A stretch of DNA of 50,713 bases from Mycobacterium sp. (lineage in GTDB: Bacteria; Actinomycetota; Actinomycetes; Mycobacteriales; Mycobacteriaceae): NCBI GenBank assembly GCA_040398885.1, contig JBBATF010000001.1. One strand, 5' to 3'. Position numbers and translations under genes: made by a program. The notes under the pieces are model-generated. The model did not search any database. It saw only the letters and a program-made list of their open reading frames with translations, and was not told the DNA's origin. The first letter of the stretch is position 1. Every line of letters starts with the position of its first letter. This document shows, piece by piece, positions 31,481 to 39,855 of the stretch.

Positions 31481-32448
31481 AGACCTGGATCGACTTCGAC
31501 GGCGCCCCGGTCTTCGCCATTCCGCTTCTCGACTCCGTCGGCGGGGTGAGCGTCTGCGAGGGCATGCTGATCGAGGGCCCGCAGGGCTGGGGCGAATTCA
31601 GCCCGCCCGCAGGGGTTTCCGAGCAGCAGGCCGCGCGGTGGCTGACCGCGGCGATCGAGGTCGGCACGGTCGGATGGCCGGATCCGCTTCGCGGCCGGGT
31701 TCCCGTGGCGGTGACGGTGCCCGCGGTTTCTGCTCTCCGCGCGCGCGAGATCGTGGTCGCGTCCGGGTGCTCGACGGCGGCGGTGCGGGTGGGGGAGACC
31801 TCGCTGGCCGAGGATCTGGCCCGGGTGTCTGCGGTGCGGGAGACTCTCGGGGCGGCCGGTTTGATCCGTTGCGACGCCAACGGGGCCTGGGACGTCGAGA
31901 CCGCGGCTGCCGCGGTGCCCGAATTAGACCGGGCCGCAATGGGATTGGAGTTCGTCGAGCAGCCCTGCGGTTCCCTGGAGGATGTCGCGGCGTTGCGGCG
32001 GCGGGTCGACGTGCCGGTGGCGGTGGATCAGTCAATCCGGGATTGCGCTGAGCCGCTGGCACTTTCGCTGGACGACGCCGTCGACGTCGCCGTGCTCAAC
32101 GTCGGTGGGCTGGGCGGGGTGCGCCGGGCGTTGCACGTCGCGGAGAGGTTCGATCTGCCCTGCGTCGTGGCCGCCGACGTGCACGCCAGCATCGCCATCG
32201 CCGGGGGACTGGCCCTGGCCGGGGTGCTGCCCGACGCCGGCTACGCGCACACGTTGGCTGGTGCGCTGCTGCTGTCCGGGGACGTGGTCAGCGATTCCCG
32301 GCACCTGGCGCCGGTTGACGGATTCCTGCCGGTGGCGCCGATGCCAGCGGGACCGGATGCTTCCCGGCTTGATCGGTTCGCGGCTACTGATGCGGAGATG
32401 GTGGCGCGGTGGCGGGGGTTGTTGGGGGCGGTGCAGCGGTATTTGTAG
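31477..32448 (+). CDS. o-Succinylbenzoate synthase (MenC)-like enolase-superfamily protein with catalytic lysines missing
   Basis: GPQGWGEFSP, DANGAW, FVEQP and VDQS motifs; ATGA overlap with MTHFR. Confidence 0.75.
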   Translation: MKTWIDFDGAPVFAIPLLDSVGGVSVCEGMLIEGPQGWGEFSPPAGVSEQQAARWLTAAIEVGTVGWPDPLRGRVPVAVTVPAVSALRAREIVVASGCSTAAVRVGETSLAEDLARVSAVRETLGAAGLIRCDANGAWDVETAAAAVPELDRAAMGLEFVEQPCGSLEDVAALRRRVDVPVAVDQSIRDCAEPLALSLDDAVDVAVLNVGGLGGVRRALHVAERFDLPCVVAADVHASIAIAGGLALAGVLPDAGYAHTLAGALLLSGDVVSDSRHLAPVDGFLPVAPMPAGPDASRLDRFAATDAEMVARWRGLLGAVQRYL

Positions 32449-32614
32449 GGGGCGGGGGCAGCTCGAGCAAGGTCACTTCCAACGAAGTCGCGGAAGGCTG
32501 ATTGAGTCCAGCCCCCGCCTCAGGGTTCGAACGCGATTGGTCCGAGTTGTCGGGTGACTCATCATTCGAAGATATTCTCCTGGGCCTTCGGCGTGCTTCC
32601 GTTGGCGGCAATTT

Positions 32615-33076
32615 TCACAGGGTATCGACGTAACCCCCTGGGGTCCAACGGTGTAACGCCCCCGACCACTTGAGCCGGTAATCACCGTCAGCCAGTTCGA
32701 TGAGTGCGCCGTCGGGCAGTGCTGAAATGGCAGCCCGCGCAGTCGGGCCCTTACGGGCAGAGTTGAGCTTTGCGTCGAGTTCCCCGGCCCCGATCCTGAT
32801 GTTGCGGCTCACCGCTGCCACGAACGCCTGGCACTGCTCTCGCCGACAGGTGTTGCATGGACGGTGCCCCGCTGCCAACGCAACCGCCTCGTCGAGGAAG
32901 AAGAGCTTGGTGTACTTGCGCGGCTCCTTCAGATCTCGTTCGAAGTGCAACTCGCAGATGAGCCAGCGCGGGGGACTGGTCCGGTTGCCCATGAACAGCC
33001 CACGTTCGGGAGTCGCGAAGATCTCCCCGGTCGGCTTGACCCGATTGCATTGTGGCCCGGATGACTTGTGCACCAA
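32615..33076 (-). CDS. Conserved hypothetical protein with Ada-like AGHRPCxxC motif; possibly C-terminally truncated
   Basis: NRVKPTGE..RG.FMGNR and LFFLDEAVALAAGHRPCNTCRR motifs. Confidence 0.6.
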   Translation of the reverse strand: MVHKSSGPQCNRVKPTGEIFATPERGLFMGNRTSPPRWLICELHFERDLKEPRKYTKLFFLDEAVALAAGHRPCNTCRREQCQAFVAAVSRNIRIGAGELDAKLNSARKGPTARAAISALPDGALIELADGDYRLKWSGALHRWTPGGYVDTL

Positions 33077-33079
33077 CGC

Positions 33080-33502
33080 CTACTCCTCGTCGCACCCGGG
33101 ACAAACCCCGCTAACCGACAACTCATAACTGCTGCACCGTGGGCAGCGCTTGGCTTCGGACTTCGTCGACGCGTCGGCCGGGCCGCGCAGGTCCACGCCG
33201 CGGTTCTCCGGGTGGGAGACCAGCCAGGTGTTCTTCCGGGTGCTGCTGACGCGGACCACGTCGGCGCCGGCACCGAAGTGCCGGGCCTCGGCCTCGGTGA
33301 AGCCGGTGGTGCAGCCGAAATGGATGCGCAACTCGCCGGTCCCGTCGCGGCGGGCCGCGGCGATATAGGGGTAGGACAGCGGCTTGTACTCGAAGCCGGC
33401 GATGCCGATCCCGTCGCAGACGGATTTCACGAAGTCGCGATTCACGTCCGGGAACTGTGCCTTCGACCAGGCGGAGATGAAAGAATCTTCGGTGGTGTCC
33501 AT
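33080..33502 (-). CDS. Hypothetical protein with C-terminal zinc ribbon
   Basis: CPRC-x9-CPGC at the C-terminus; TATCCT -10 element 8 nt before ATG. Confidence 0.65.
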   Translation of the reverse strand: MDTTEDSFISAWSKAQFPDVNRDFVKSVCDGIGIAGFEYKPLSYPYIAAARRDGTGELRIHFGCTTGFTEAEARHFGAGADVVRVSSTRKNTWLVSHPENRGVDLRGPADASTKSEAKRCPRCSSYELSVSGVCPGCDEE

Positions 33503-33605
33503 GGCCGACGAGGATAAGCCGTGGGTCCGACAGGCCAGTGGCGCCTGCCGCCCCCCTCTTGAGCGGGGACCGTTCGGTTGACACGGGGCCCCGCCGAATC
33601 GGGTA

Positions 33606-33707
33606 GTCTCAGCAGTGCTTGAGGCGCTGAGCTTCAGGAAGTGAGCCCGAGACCCGGCCGGACGACCGTGGCGCTCGGGCCTTGCGCTTTCCTGGGAACC
33701 TCCCAGT
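33606..33707 (-). ncRNA. Putative structured ncRNA downstream of the DUF3800-like gene
   Basis: Nested stems on the minus strand: CAGGAA/TTCCTG enclosing GCCCGAG/CTCGGGC enclosing CGGTC/GGCCG; flanking CTGGGA/TCCCAG and CTCAGC/GCTGAG hairpins. Confidence 0.55.
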
Positions 33708-33710
33708 TCG

Positions 33711-34244
33711 TCAAACGTCATGTTCCGCGATCACGACGGGTCGAACCCGGGCCCTTCAGTCGCCTCCCTTGGCCCAGCACCAGGCGATGGCGTCTGGAAC
33801 CGCGAGCAGAAGTTCGGTCGGTGCGTTCCTGTGTTCGTACCGGAAGGTGTCGCGGCAGTTCTCGGCCCGAGTCAACTCGATCAGCCGCTGGTTATCCCAG
33901 CTGAGCAGGGAATCGTCCTGGTCAAAGACCACGAGGGTTTCCCCTGCTCTAGCGTTGTCACCGACCAGGCGCCGGAGGCAGGCTTCGCGGCGCTGTTTCT
34001 CTGTCCGATAGTCCGCGCCGGCGCGGTAGATCATTGCTTGAACCCCGGCAGCCACGATTACCTGCACGATCTGTCGTTTGCGGCTGTCTCTCTCATTCTT
34101 CATGTGGAGCCATCGCTGGTTGGGCAGCAGCAGCTCGCGGAGCGCACTGCGCAAAGGCGCGACATCGGTAACGATGTGGGCACTGGCCACCATCAAGTAG
34201 TCCCGACGCTTGGTCTCGTCGACGAACAGGTGACGAGCGCTCAT
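33711..34244 (-). CDS. DUF3800-like RNase H-fold protein with an in-frame TGA at 33756-33758 (probable late nonsense mutation)
   Basis: FVDET, LHMK, VFDQD and LLAVPDAIAW motifs; frame continues GGD*RARVRPVVIAEHDV* to 33711. Confidence 0.65.
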
Positions 34245-34375
34245 CCCGCCGACAGATACCAGTAGGCGGTCGACCCCTTCACAACCGCCACCGTCTCACC
34301 GCGAGCCGACAATGTTCAGGTCTAGTCCCAAGCGAAACAAGGCGAGGGCCCGACAGAACCGGACCGCCCAACCCC

Positions 34376-35332
34376 TCAGTCGGGCAGAACCGCCGACACC
34401 GCCCGCATGACGATCCGCTTGATCACCGACCCGGCACCCCCGCCCGCCGGCCGCGACGCCGCGTCGAGGGTCAGAACGTCGCCCTCGGCGATCAGGCCGG
34501 GTTCGAGCACGTTCCCGTACACCCCCAGGCAGCGCCGGGCGTGCGCCGCGACGGTCCGGGTGACGGCCGCGTCCCGGGGCAGGCACGGCTGTTCATGGGA
34601 GGGCATCACGCAGCGGATGGTCGGGATCAGCGGGTTGAGGGCGATCTGCGGCCCGCGCAAAACCCCTCCGCACCAACCTAATTCGGGCTGGTCGGCAGAC
34701 TCGGGGGAGTCGATCAAGATGGTCGGCCGGAAGCGTCGGACGTCGAAGTCCGACCCCGGGGAGAGCGCGGCCATCGCGGCCAGCGATTGCTCGGTCATCA
34801 GGTGCACCGGGTAGGCGTCGACGTAACTGCCCACCGGGGTGGCGTAGCGGCTGATCTCGGCGAGTTTGCGGACCGGGAACATCGACAGGTCCGGCAGCGG
34901 ATCGTCAGGGCCGAGTCCGAAGATGGTGCGTACGTCGGCCTTGGTCATCATCGGTGCGCGGTACTTGTCCCGTTCGGACAGCGCCGGCAGGGGGGCCAGT
35001 CGCACATCGCGGTCCAGATAGGACGACAGCGCCGCATGCACCGCCGGGTCGGAACTGGGGAACTCGCGGCCGTCGGGCAGGCCGACGATCACCTCCGGGG
35101 CGTTGCCCGGGCCGGCGTCCGGCGGGGGCGGCGCGGCGTAGCGCGCGGTGCACAGCAGCAGGCCGGGTAGCCGCTTGGCGCTGGTGGTGGCGTCCAGTTC
35201 CACGTCGCGCACCGCCCAGGTGCGGTCGGCGGACAGCCCGAACTCGCCGATCCGGGCGGTGGGCAGACGCTCGCCCGCCATGGATTTCACCGGGTAGCGC
35301 CAGATCGCCGTGACCCGGCCGGCATCCGCCAT
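34376..35332 (-). CDS. MOSC domain protein
   Basis: IWRYPVKSM, DAYPVHL, RRFRP, RCVMP and LGVYG motifs. Confidence 0.88.
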   Translation of the reverse strand: MADAGRVTAIWRYPVKSMAGERLPTARIGEFGLSADRTWAVRDVELDATTSAKRLPGLLLCTARYAAPPPPDAGPGNAPEVIVGLPDGREFPSSDPAVHAALSSYLDRDVRLAPLPALSERDKYRAPMMTKADVRTIFGLGPDDPLPDLSMFPVRKLAEISRYATPVGSYVDAYPVHLMTEQSLAAMAALSPGSDFDVRRFRPTILIDSPESADQPELGWCGGVLRGPQIALNPLIPTIRCVMPSHEQPCLPRDAAVTRTVAAHARRCLGVYGNVLEPGLIAEGDVLTLDAASRPAGGGAGSVIKRIVMRAVSAVLPD

Positions 35333-35463
35333 GGGGTCAGCCTAAACCCGGAAAACCCGGGTCGGGGGGAGCCGTGGACGGCGGTGGTGTTGGTCGCCCC
35401 AAGGCGGTGATGCGACTATGGACCGGCAACGTCGGGCGCACGGAAGGCACCGGGACAACACAG

Positions 35464-36381
35464 ATGTACGACCAAGCCAGCGGATGGGACACCGACAGCC
35501 AGGACGTCGGCCGGCGGATCGACCCGGTACTGGCCCGCAGTTGGCTGCTGGTCAACGGCGCCCAGTACGACAAGTTCGCCCCCGCCGCACGCTCCCGCGC
35601 CGACATCGTCGTCCTCGACATCGAGGACGCCGTGGCGCCCAAGGGTAAGGAAGCGGCCCGGGAGAACGTGGTGCGCTGGCTGGCCGAGGGCCACACCGAC
35701 TGGGTCCGGGTCAACGGGTTCGGCACCCAGTTCTGGGAGGACGACCTGACCATGCTGTCCAAGACCTCAGCCGGCGGGGTGATGCTGGCCATGGTGGAGT
35801 CGGTCGACCACGTCACCGAGACCGCCAAGCGGCTGCCCGACATCCCGATCGTCGCTCTGGTGGAGACCGCCCGCGGTCTGGAGCGGATCACCGAGATCGC
35901 CGCGGCCAAGGGCACCTTCCGGCTGGCCTTCGGCATCGGCGACTTCCGCCGCGACACCGGCTTCGGGGAGAACCCCACCACGCTGGCCTATGCGCGGTCC
36001 CGGTTCACCATCGCCGCCAAGGCAGCCCACCTTCCGGGCGCCATCGACGGCCCGACGGTCGGATCCAGTGCGCTGAAACTCAGCGAGGCCACCGCGGTCT
36101 CGGCCGAGTTCGGCATGACCGGCAAGATCTGCCTGACCCCCGATCAGTGCCCGACGGTCAACGAGGGTCTGGCGCCCTCCCAGGAGGAGATCACCTGGGC
36201 CCAGGAGTTCTTCGCCGAGTACGAGCGCGACGGCGGCGAGATCCGCAACGGGTCGGATCTGCCGCGCATCGCCCGCGCCACCAAGATCCTGAATCTGGCC
36301 CGCGCCTACGGGATCCGGGTGTCGGAGTTCGACGATCAGGCCGTGCACGTGACGGCGCCGTCGGACACCTACCACTACTGA
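35464..36381 (+). CDS. HpcH/HpaI aldolase / citrate lyase beta family protein (Rv3075c-like)
   Basis: RSWLLV, LDIEDAV, LVETARG and GMTGK motifs. Confidence 0.88.
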   Translation: MYDQASGWDTDSQDVGRRIDPVLARSWLLVNGAQYDKFAPAARSRADIVVLDIEDAVAPKGKEAARENVVRWLAEGHTDWVRVNGFGTQFWEDDLTMLSKTSAGGVMLAMVESVDHVTETAKRLPDIPIVALVETARGLERITEIAAAKGTFRLAFGIGDFRRDTGFGENPTTLAYARSRFTIAAKAAHLPGAIDGPTVGSSALKLSEATAVSAEFGMTGKICLTPDQCPTVNEGLAPSQEEITWAQEFFAEYERDGGEIRNGSDLPRIARATKILNLARAYGIRVSEFDDQAVHVTAPSDTYHY

Positions 36382-36914
36382 TCCGCACCGTTCGCCAGGT
36401 CCAGGATCTGGTTGATCACCCGCACCGCCTCGGCGTCGCGGCCGTGGGGAGGCCGCAGAACGGCGGTGAGTGCGCACAACGGAACGCGTAACCGGCTTCC
36501 CGGGCCGTCGTCCAGCGAGATGTTGAGGACGGTCTGGTCGAGGTGGATCGTGGGGCTCAAATCGACCGACCCCAGGGCGAGGTCCATCATGTTGCAGTTG
36601 GCGGTGGTCTGGCCCCAATTGACCGGCATCGCGCTTTGCGTCCGGACGGCGGTCCGCACGGTTCCCGGGGCTGACAGCACCCCGCTGAGGGTTCCGTCGG
36701 CGAACGCGCGGCCATCGGGCCCGACGACGATGTTCGTGGGCGTGAACGTCCCGGCGAACGCAAAACCCCGGTGGCTGACACCGGTCGCGTTCGCCGAAGT
36801 CGCGCCGTAGTGACCGTCGGGCCCGGCCACCGCCTGCCCGGCCGCCACGATGGCCGCCGTTACGGCGACCGTCACCGCCGGCAGCGCCTTTGCGCCGCGT
36901 ACTCCGCTCCCCAC
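36375..36914 (-). CDS. Secreted hypothetical protein
   Basis: Signal peptide, two Cys; SigF-like promoter upstream. Confidence 0.6.
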   Translation of the reverse strand: MGSGVRGAKALPAVTVAVTAAIVAAGQAVAGPDGHYGATSANATGVSHRGFAFAGTFTPTNIVVGPDGRAFADGTLSGVLSAPGTVRTAVRTQSAMPVNWGQTTANCNMMDLALGSVDLSPTIHLDQTVLNISLDDGPGSRLRVPLCALTAVLRPPHGRDAEAVRVINQILDLANGADQ

Positions 36915-36924
36915 ACAGTTCGCG

Positions 36925-36949
36925 GTACCCGGGGTGGGCGCCGCGAAAC
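36925..36949 (-). promoter_or_regulatory. SigF-type promoter
   Basis: GTTT-N15-GGGTAC, 10 nt upstream of GTG 36914. Confidence 0.55.
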
Positions 36950-36962
36950 ATCGCGCCCCGAC

Positions 36963-37934
36963 TCAGTGACCCGGCGTCTGGCCACTCAGCGCGAGTCGAT
37001 CCTCGGCGTGGAAGGTCTCCTCGAGGGTCTCCGGGGAAGTGTCGCGGTCGATGAGCCGCAGATCGGCGCCGCGGGCGGACGCGATGGCTCCGAGCCGGCG
37101 GGTCAGCTTGTCCGCGGCGTAGGCGGCCACCTCGGCCGGATCGATGTCGAACGGCTGGGTGTCGCCGTAGTCGTCCGAGCCGGCTTCGACGGTGCTCAAC
37201 GCCAGCGGCATCAACTCCGTCATCCGGTCGTTGACCACCTGCCACATGGTGTCGTCGGCGGCCACATGCCGGCGGCAGGTGAAAGTGCCCCAGGCCATGT
37301 GGCGGCGTTCGTCGTCGCCGATGTGCTTGATGACCTTCTGCATGCCGGGCAGGATGCCGCGGCTGCTGCAGACCTTGCCCCAGCTGTAGTAGCCGGTGAG
37401 CGCCAGACAGCCTTCGACGACGTGGTTGTAGGTGACCGAGGCGCGGATCTGACTGGTCGGACCGGGATCGGCCTGCAGCGCGTAGAGGCTTTCGGGAAGT
37501 TCGCGGGTGAAGATCCGGGTGTAGGCCTCGTTGAACTCGACGTGCTCGTGCAGGTCCTCGAAGACGCCCACCGCGTCGAACCACAGCCGGAACGCCAGGG
37601 CGTGCTTGGCCTCCTCGTAGACGAACTGGGTCAGGTACATCTCGTCGGCGAAGCGGCCCTCGGCGGCCATCGCCGCGACGAACGGCTGCATATCCTGGGT
37701 CACCGATTCCTCCCCGGCGAGGAACTGGGCTGCCAGCCTCTTGGTGTAGCGGCGCTCGTCGTCGGTCATCGCCGCGAAGTCCTCGGCGTCCCGGCTGAAG
37801 TCGATCTCGGCCGGGTTCCACTGCTTGGCGTTTCCCTTGAGGAACAGACGCATCGGGAAGGAATCCCGGTTCAGGCCGCCGGCCGCCAGCGAGGCATAGC
37901 CGCCGCGCTTGCCGTGCTCGATGCTCCGCGTCAT
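36963..37934 (-). CDS. R2-like ligand-binding oxidase (R2lox, Rv0233-like)
   Basis: [24 protein letters not shown] and DERRH di-metal motifs. Confidence 0.9.
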   Translation of the reverse strand: MTRSIEHGKRGGYASLAAGGLNRDSFPMRLFLKGNAKQWNPAEIDFSRDAEDFAAMTDDERRYTKRLAAQFLAGEESVTQDMQPFVAAMAAEGRFADEMYLTQFVYEEAKHALAFRLWFDAVGVFEDLHEHVEFNEAYTRIFTRELPESLYALQADPGPTSQIRASVTYNHVVEGCLALTGYYSWGKVCSSRGILPGMQKVIKHIGDDERRHMAWGTFTCRRHVAADDTMWQVVNDRMTELMPLALSTVEAGSDDYGDTQPFDIDPAEVAAYAADKLTRRLGAIASARGADLRLIDRDTSPETLEETFHAEDRLALSGQTPGH

Positions 37935-38033
37935 TGACGTTCCCCTGCCTGTCGAGTGCTCGCCCGCCCAATCCCAGCATAGATACGGTTTTCGGGTACG
38001 GCCGCCCGCCGGGCGAACTACAGTCGGACAGCT

Positions 38034-38363
38034 ATGACGGCCTGGCCGAATTCAGTGCACACCGGGGTCGAGTTGCGCAGGCTCAGCCGCCGGTTCAGCA
38101 CCGTCGGCGTCGACATCGCACCCGAGCGGTTACGGGAAATCGCCGACGGCGCCCCGGCCACCGAAGGGGAGTGGGTGGACGTCAGTTTCGCGATGGTGGC
38201 GACCAGCCTGCTCAGCGAGCAACGCCGCACGAAGCGGAGCCGCGCCCGACGGCGCCTGGTCCGGTGGGGCATCGTCGCCGGAGCGGTGGTGGTGGCGATC
38301 AACGTGCTGCTGTGCCTGGGTCTGCTCTTCTTCGTGATGACCCAGCACACCTCGCCGTACTGA
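38034..38363 (+). CDS. Hypothetical membrane protein
   Basis: ORF with C-terminal TM helix and GC-biased codon use. Confidence 0.6.
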   Translation: MTAWPNSVHTGVELRRLSRRFSTVGVDIAPERLREIADGAPATEGEWVDVSFAMVATSLLSEQRRTKRSRARRRLVRWGIVAGAVVVAINVLLCLGLLFFVMTQHTSPY

Positions 38364-38382
38364 GCCAGCCCGCTAGCAACAA

Positions 38383-38676
38383 CTACGGCTTCTTCAGTGT
38401 CTTGCCGATGTTGTCGAGAGTGGCTTTCTGCAACTCTGCGCCGTTGCCGTTCCCGCGGTCCTTCCCGCCGAAGCCCAGCTTGCTCAGGAAGCCCTGCAAA
38501 CCGGTCAGCGCGTTGACGATGAGGGCGGGATCGGTACCGGTGACCTGACCGATCACCTGTCCGGCGACGTTGTTGGCCACGTTGTTGTTGGCATTGTCGG
38601 ACGGGGCGGCGGCTGCCACGGGAGCGGACAGCATGGCGGCGGTGACCACCGAAGCAGTTGCGATCTTCCACTTCAT
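38383..38676 (-). CDS. Small secreted hypothetical protein
   Basis: GGGAG RBS, MKWKIATAS signal peptide, Asn-rich mature N-terminus. Confidence 0.6.
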   Translation of the reverse strand: MKWKIATASVVTAAMLSAPVAAAAPSDNANNNVANNVAGQVIGQVTGTDPALIVNALTGLQGFLSKLGFGGKDRGNGNGAELQKATLDNIGKTLKKP

Positions 38677-38840
38677 TCCGGGACGCTCCCTCACGGTCGG
38701 CGTGTGTCGCCCAGGGCGGGCACAACCCGAAATCTAGTCGTCATCGTGGCGCTTAGCAAACGCTGCGCGGTGCGATGCATCACAGCTACGTCGGGTTTTA
38801 ATTCCCCCGCAGCTACGCGCAGCCGCCGCCGTTCCGAGAG

Positions 38841-39827
38841 CTACACCAACGCCGCATCGACGTTCCTGCGGAACCTTGGCCTCGGGTACCGCCGGAGTCG
38901 CCATCGGGCGGCTGTTGCGTAGAGCCATGTGATTGAGAGGAATTTCAGAGCGGGGTTGGGGTAGGCCATTCGTTCGAACCCGCCGAGTTCGCCGAGCAGT
39001 CGCGGATCGACGGCATGCATCGACCACCGCACGCCCTCGTGGTCGCCGCGCCGGATCAGTTGGCGCAGTTCCCACCTGAGTGATCGCTTGATCTCCACGA
39101 GAACGAGCGGATTCCGCTCCGCCGGCGGTCGGCCGATCCATCGTCGGTACAGCATGTTCGTCACCGCGATGCGGTCGGGGTATGCCTCGTGGCGCCGGGC
39201 GGTGGCCTGACCCGGCACTCCTGTGCGGTAGACGGCCAGGACTGCCGGGCAGAACACGACGGCCGTCTGCTGCGCCAACTGGAAGAAGAGGGCGCGGTCT
39301 TCCGAGTAGCCGATTCCGACGGGGAATCCATCGGTCTCAGCGAAAGCCGACTTACGGACGACTATCGAACTCGCATTGCCGAAGAAGCTCGGGTTGCGGA
39401 AGTAGTCGACCATCTGCGTCTTCGCCGCGAGGCGGGCCGAATACCTCACGAGTCCGGAACCGTCGGGATTGCGAATGACCCCGGCACAGCAGTACATGTC
39501 GGCGGTCGGAAACAGTTCCGCGGCCCGCTTCATGGTTGTCGGGTAGGTAGGCCGCCAGAGGTCGTCGCCGTCCAGGAAGGCGATCAACTCGAATGCGGCT
39601 GCCTCGACACCGCGGTTTCGAGCCGCGGCGGCTCCCTGATTCCCCTGATGCATCAAACGGATTCGCGGATCGGTGAACTCGCGGCTGATGATGGCCGGTC
39701 CGTCGTCGGTCGATCCGTCGTCGACGACGATCACCTCGAAGTCGGGGTAGCCCTGAGCCAGGACGCTCTGGAGTGTTCCGACGATGGTGTGACCCTTGTT
39801 GTACAGCGGGATCACGACGGAGAACAC
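38841..39827 (-). CDS. Glycosyltransferase family 2
   Basis: FSVVIPLYN, VDDGSTD, ARNRG, FLDGDD and SED motifs. Confidence 0.9.
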   Translation of the reverse strand: MFSVVIPLYNKGHTIVGTLQSVLAQGYPDFEVIVVDDGSTDDGPAIISREFTDPRIRLMHQGNQGAAAARNRGVEAAAFELIAFLDGDDLWRPTYPTTMKRAAELFPTADMYCCAGVIRNPDGSGLVRYSARLAAKTQMVDYFRNPSFFGNASSIVVRKSAFAETDGFPVGIGYSEDRALFFQLAQQTAVVFCPAVLAVYRTGVPGQATARRHEAYPDRIAVTNMLYRRWIGRPPAERNPLVLVEIKRSLRWELRQLIRRGDHEGVRWSMHAVDPRLLGELGGFERMAYPNPALKFLSITWLYATAARWRLRRYPRPRFRRNVDAALV

Positions 39828-39855
39828 GCGGGGATTCTCTGGCCTGCAGGCGGAA

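Noticed and set aside
33735-33758. UGA followed by a CGGGT-TCG-ACCCG hairpin as selenocysteine recoding or a tRNA fragment
   Set aside because: Context fits Trp rather than a redox Cys, the stem is only 5 bp and there is no cloverleaf; a nonsense mutation is simpler
32449-34375. Islet as a mobile element
   Set aside because: No integrase, transposase, terminal inverted repeats or target duplication found by eye
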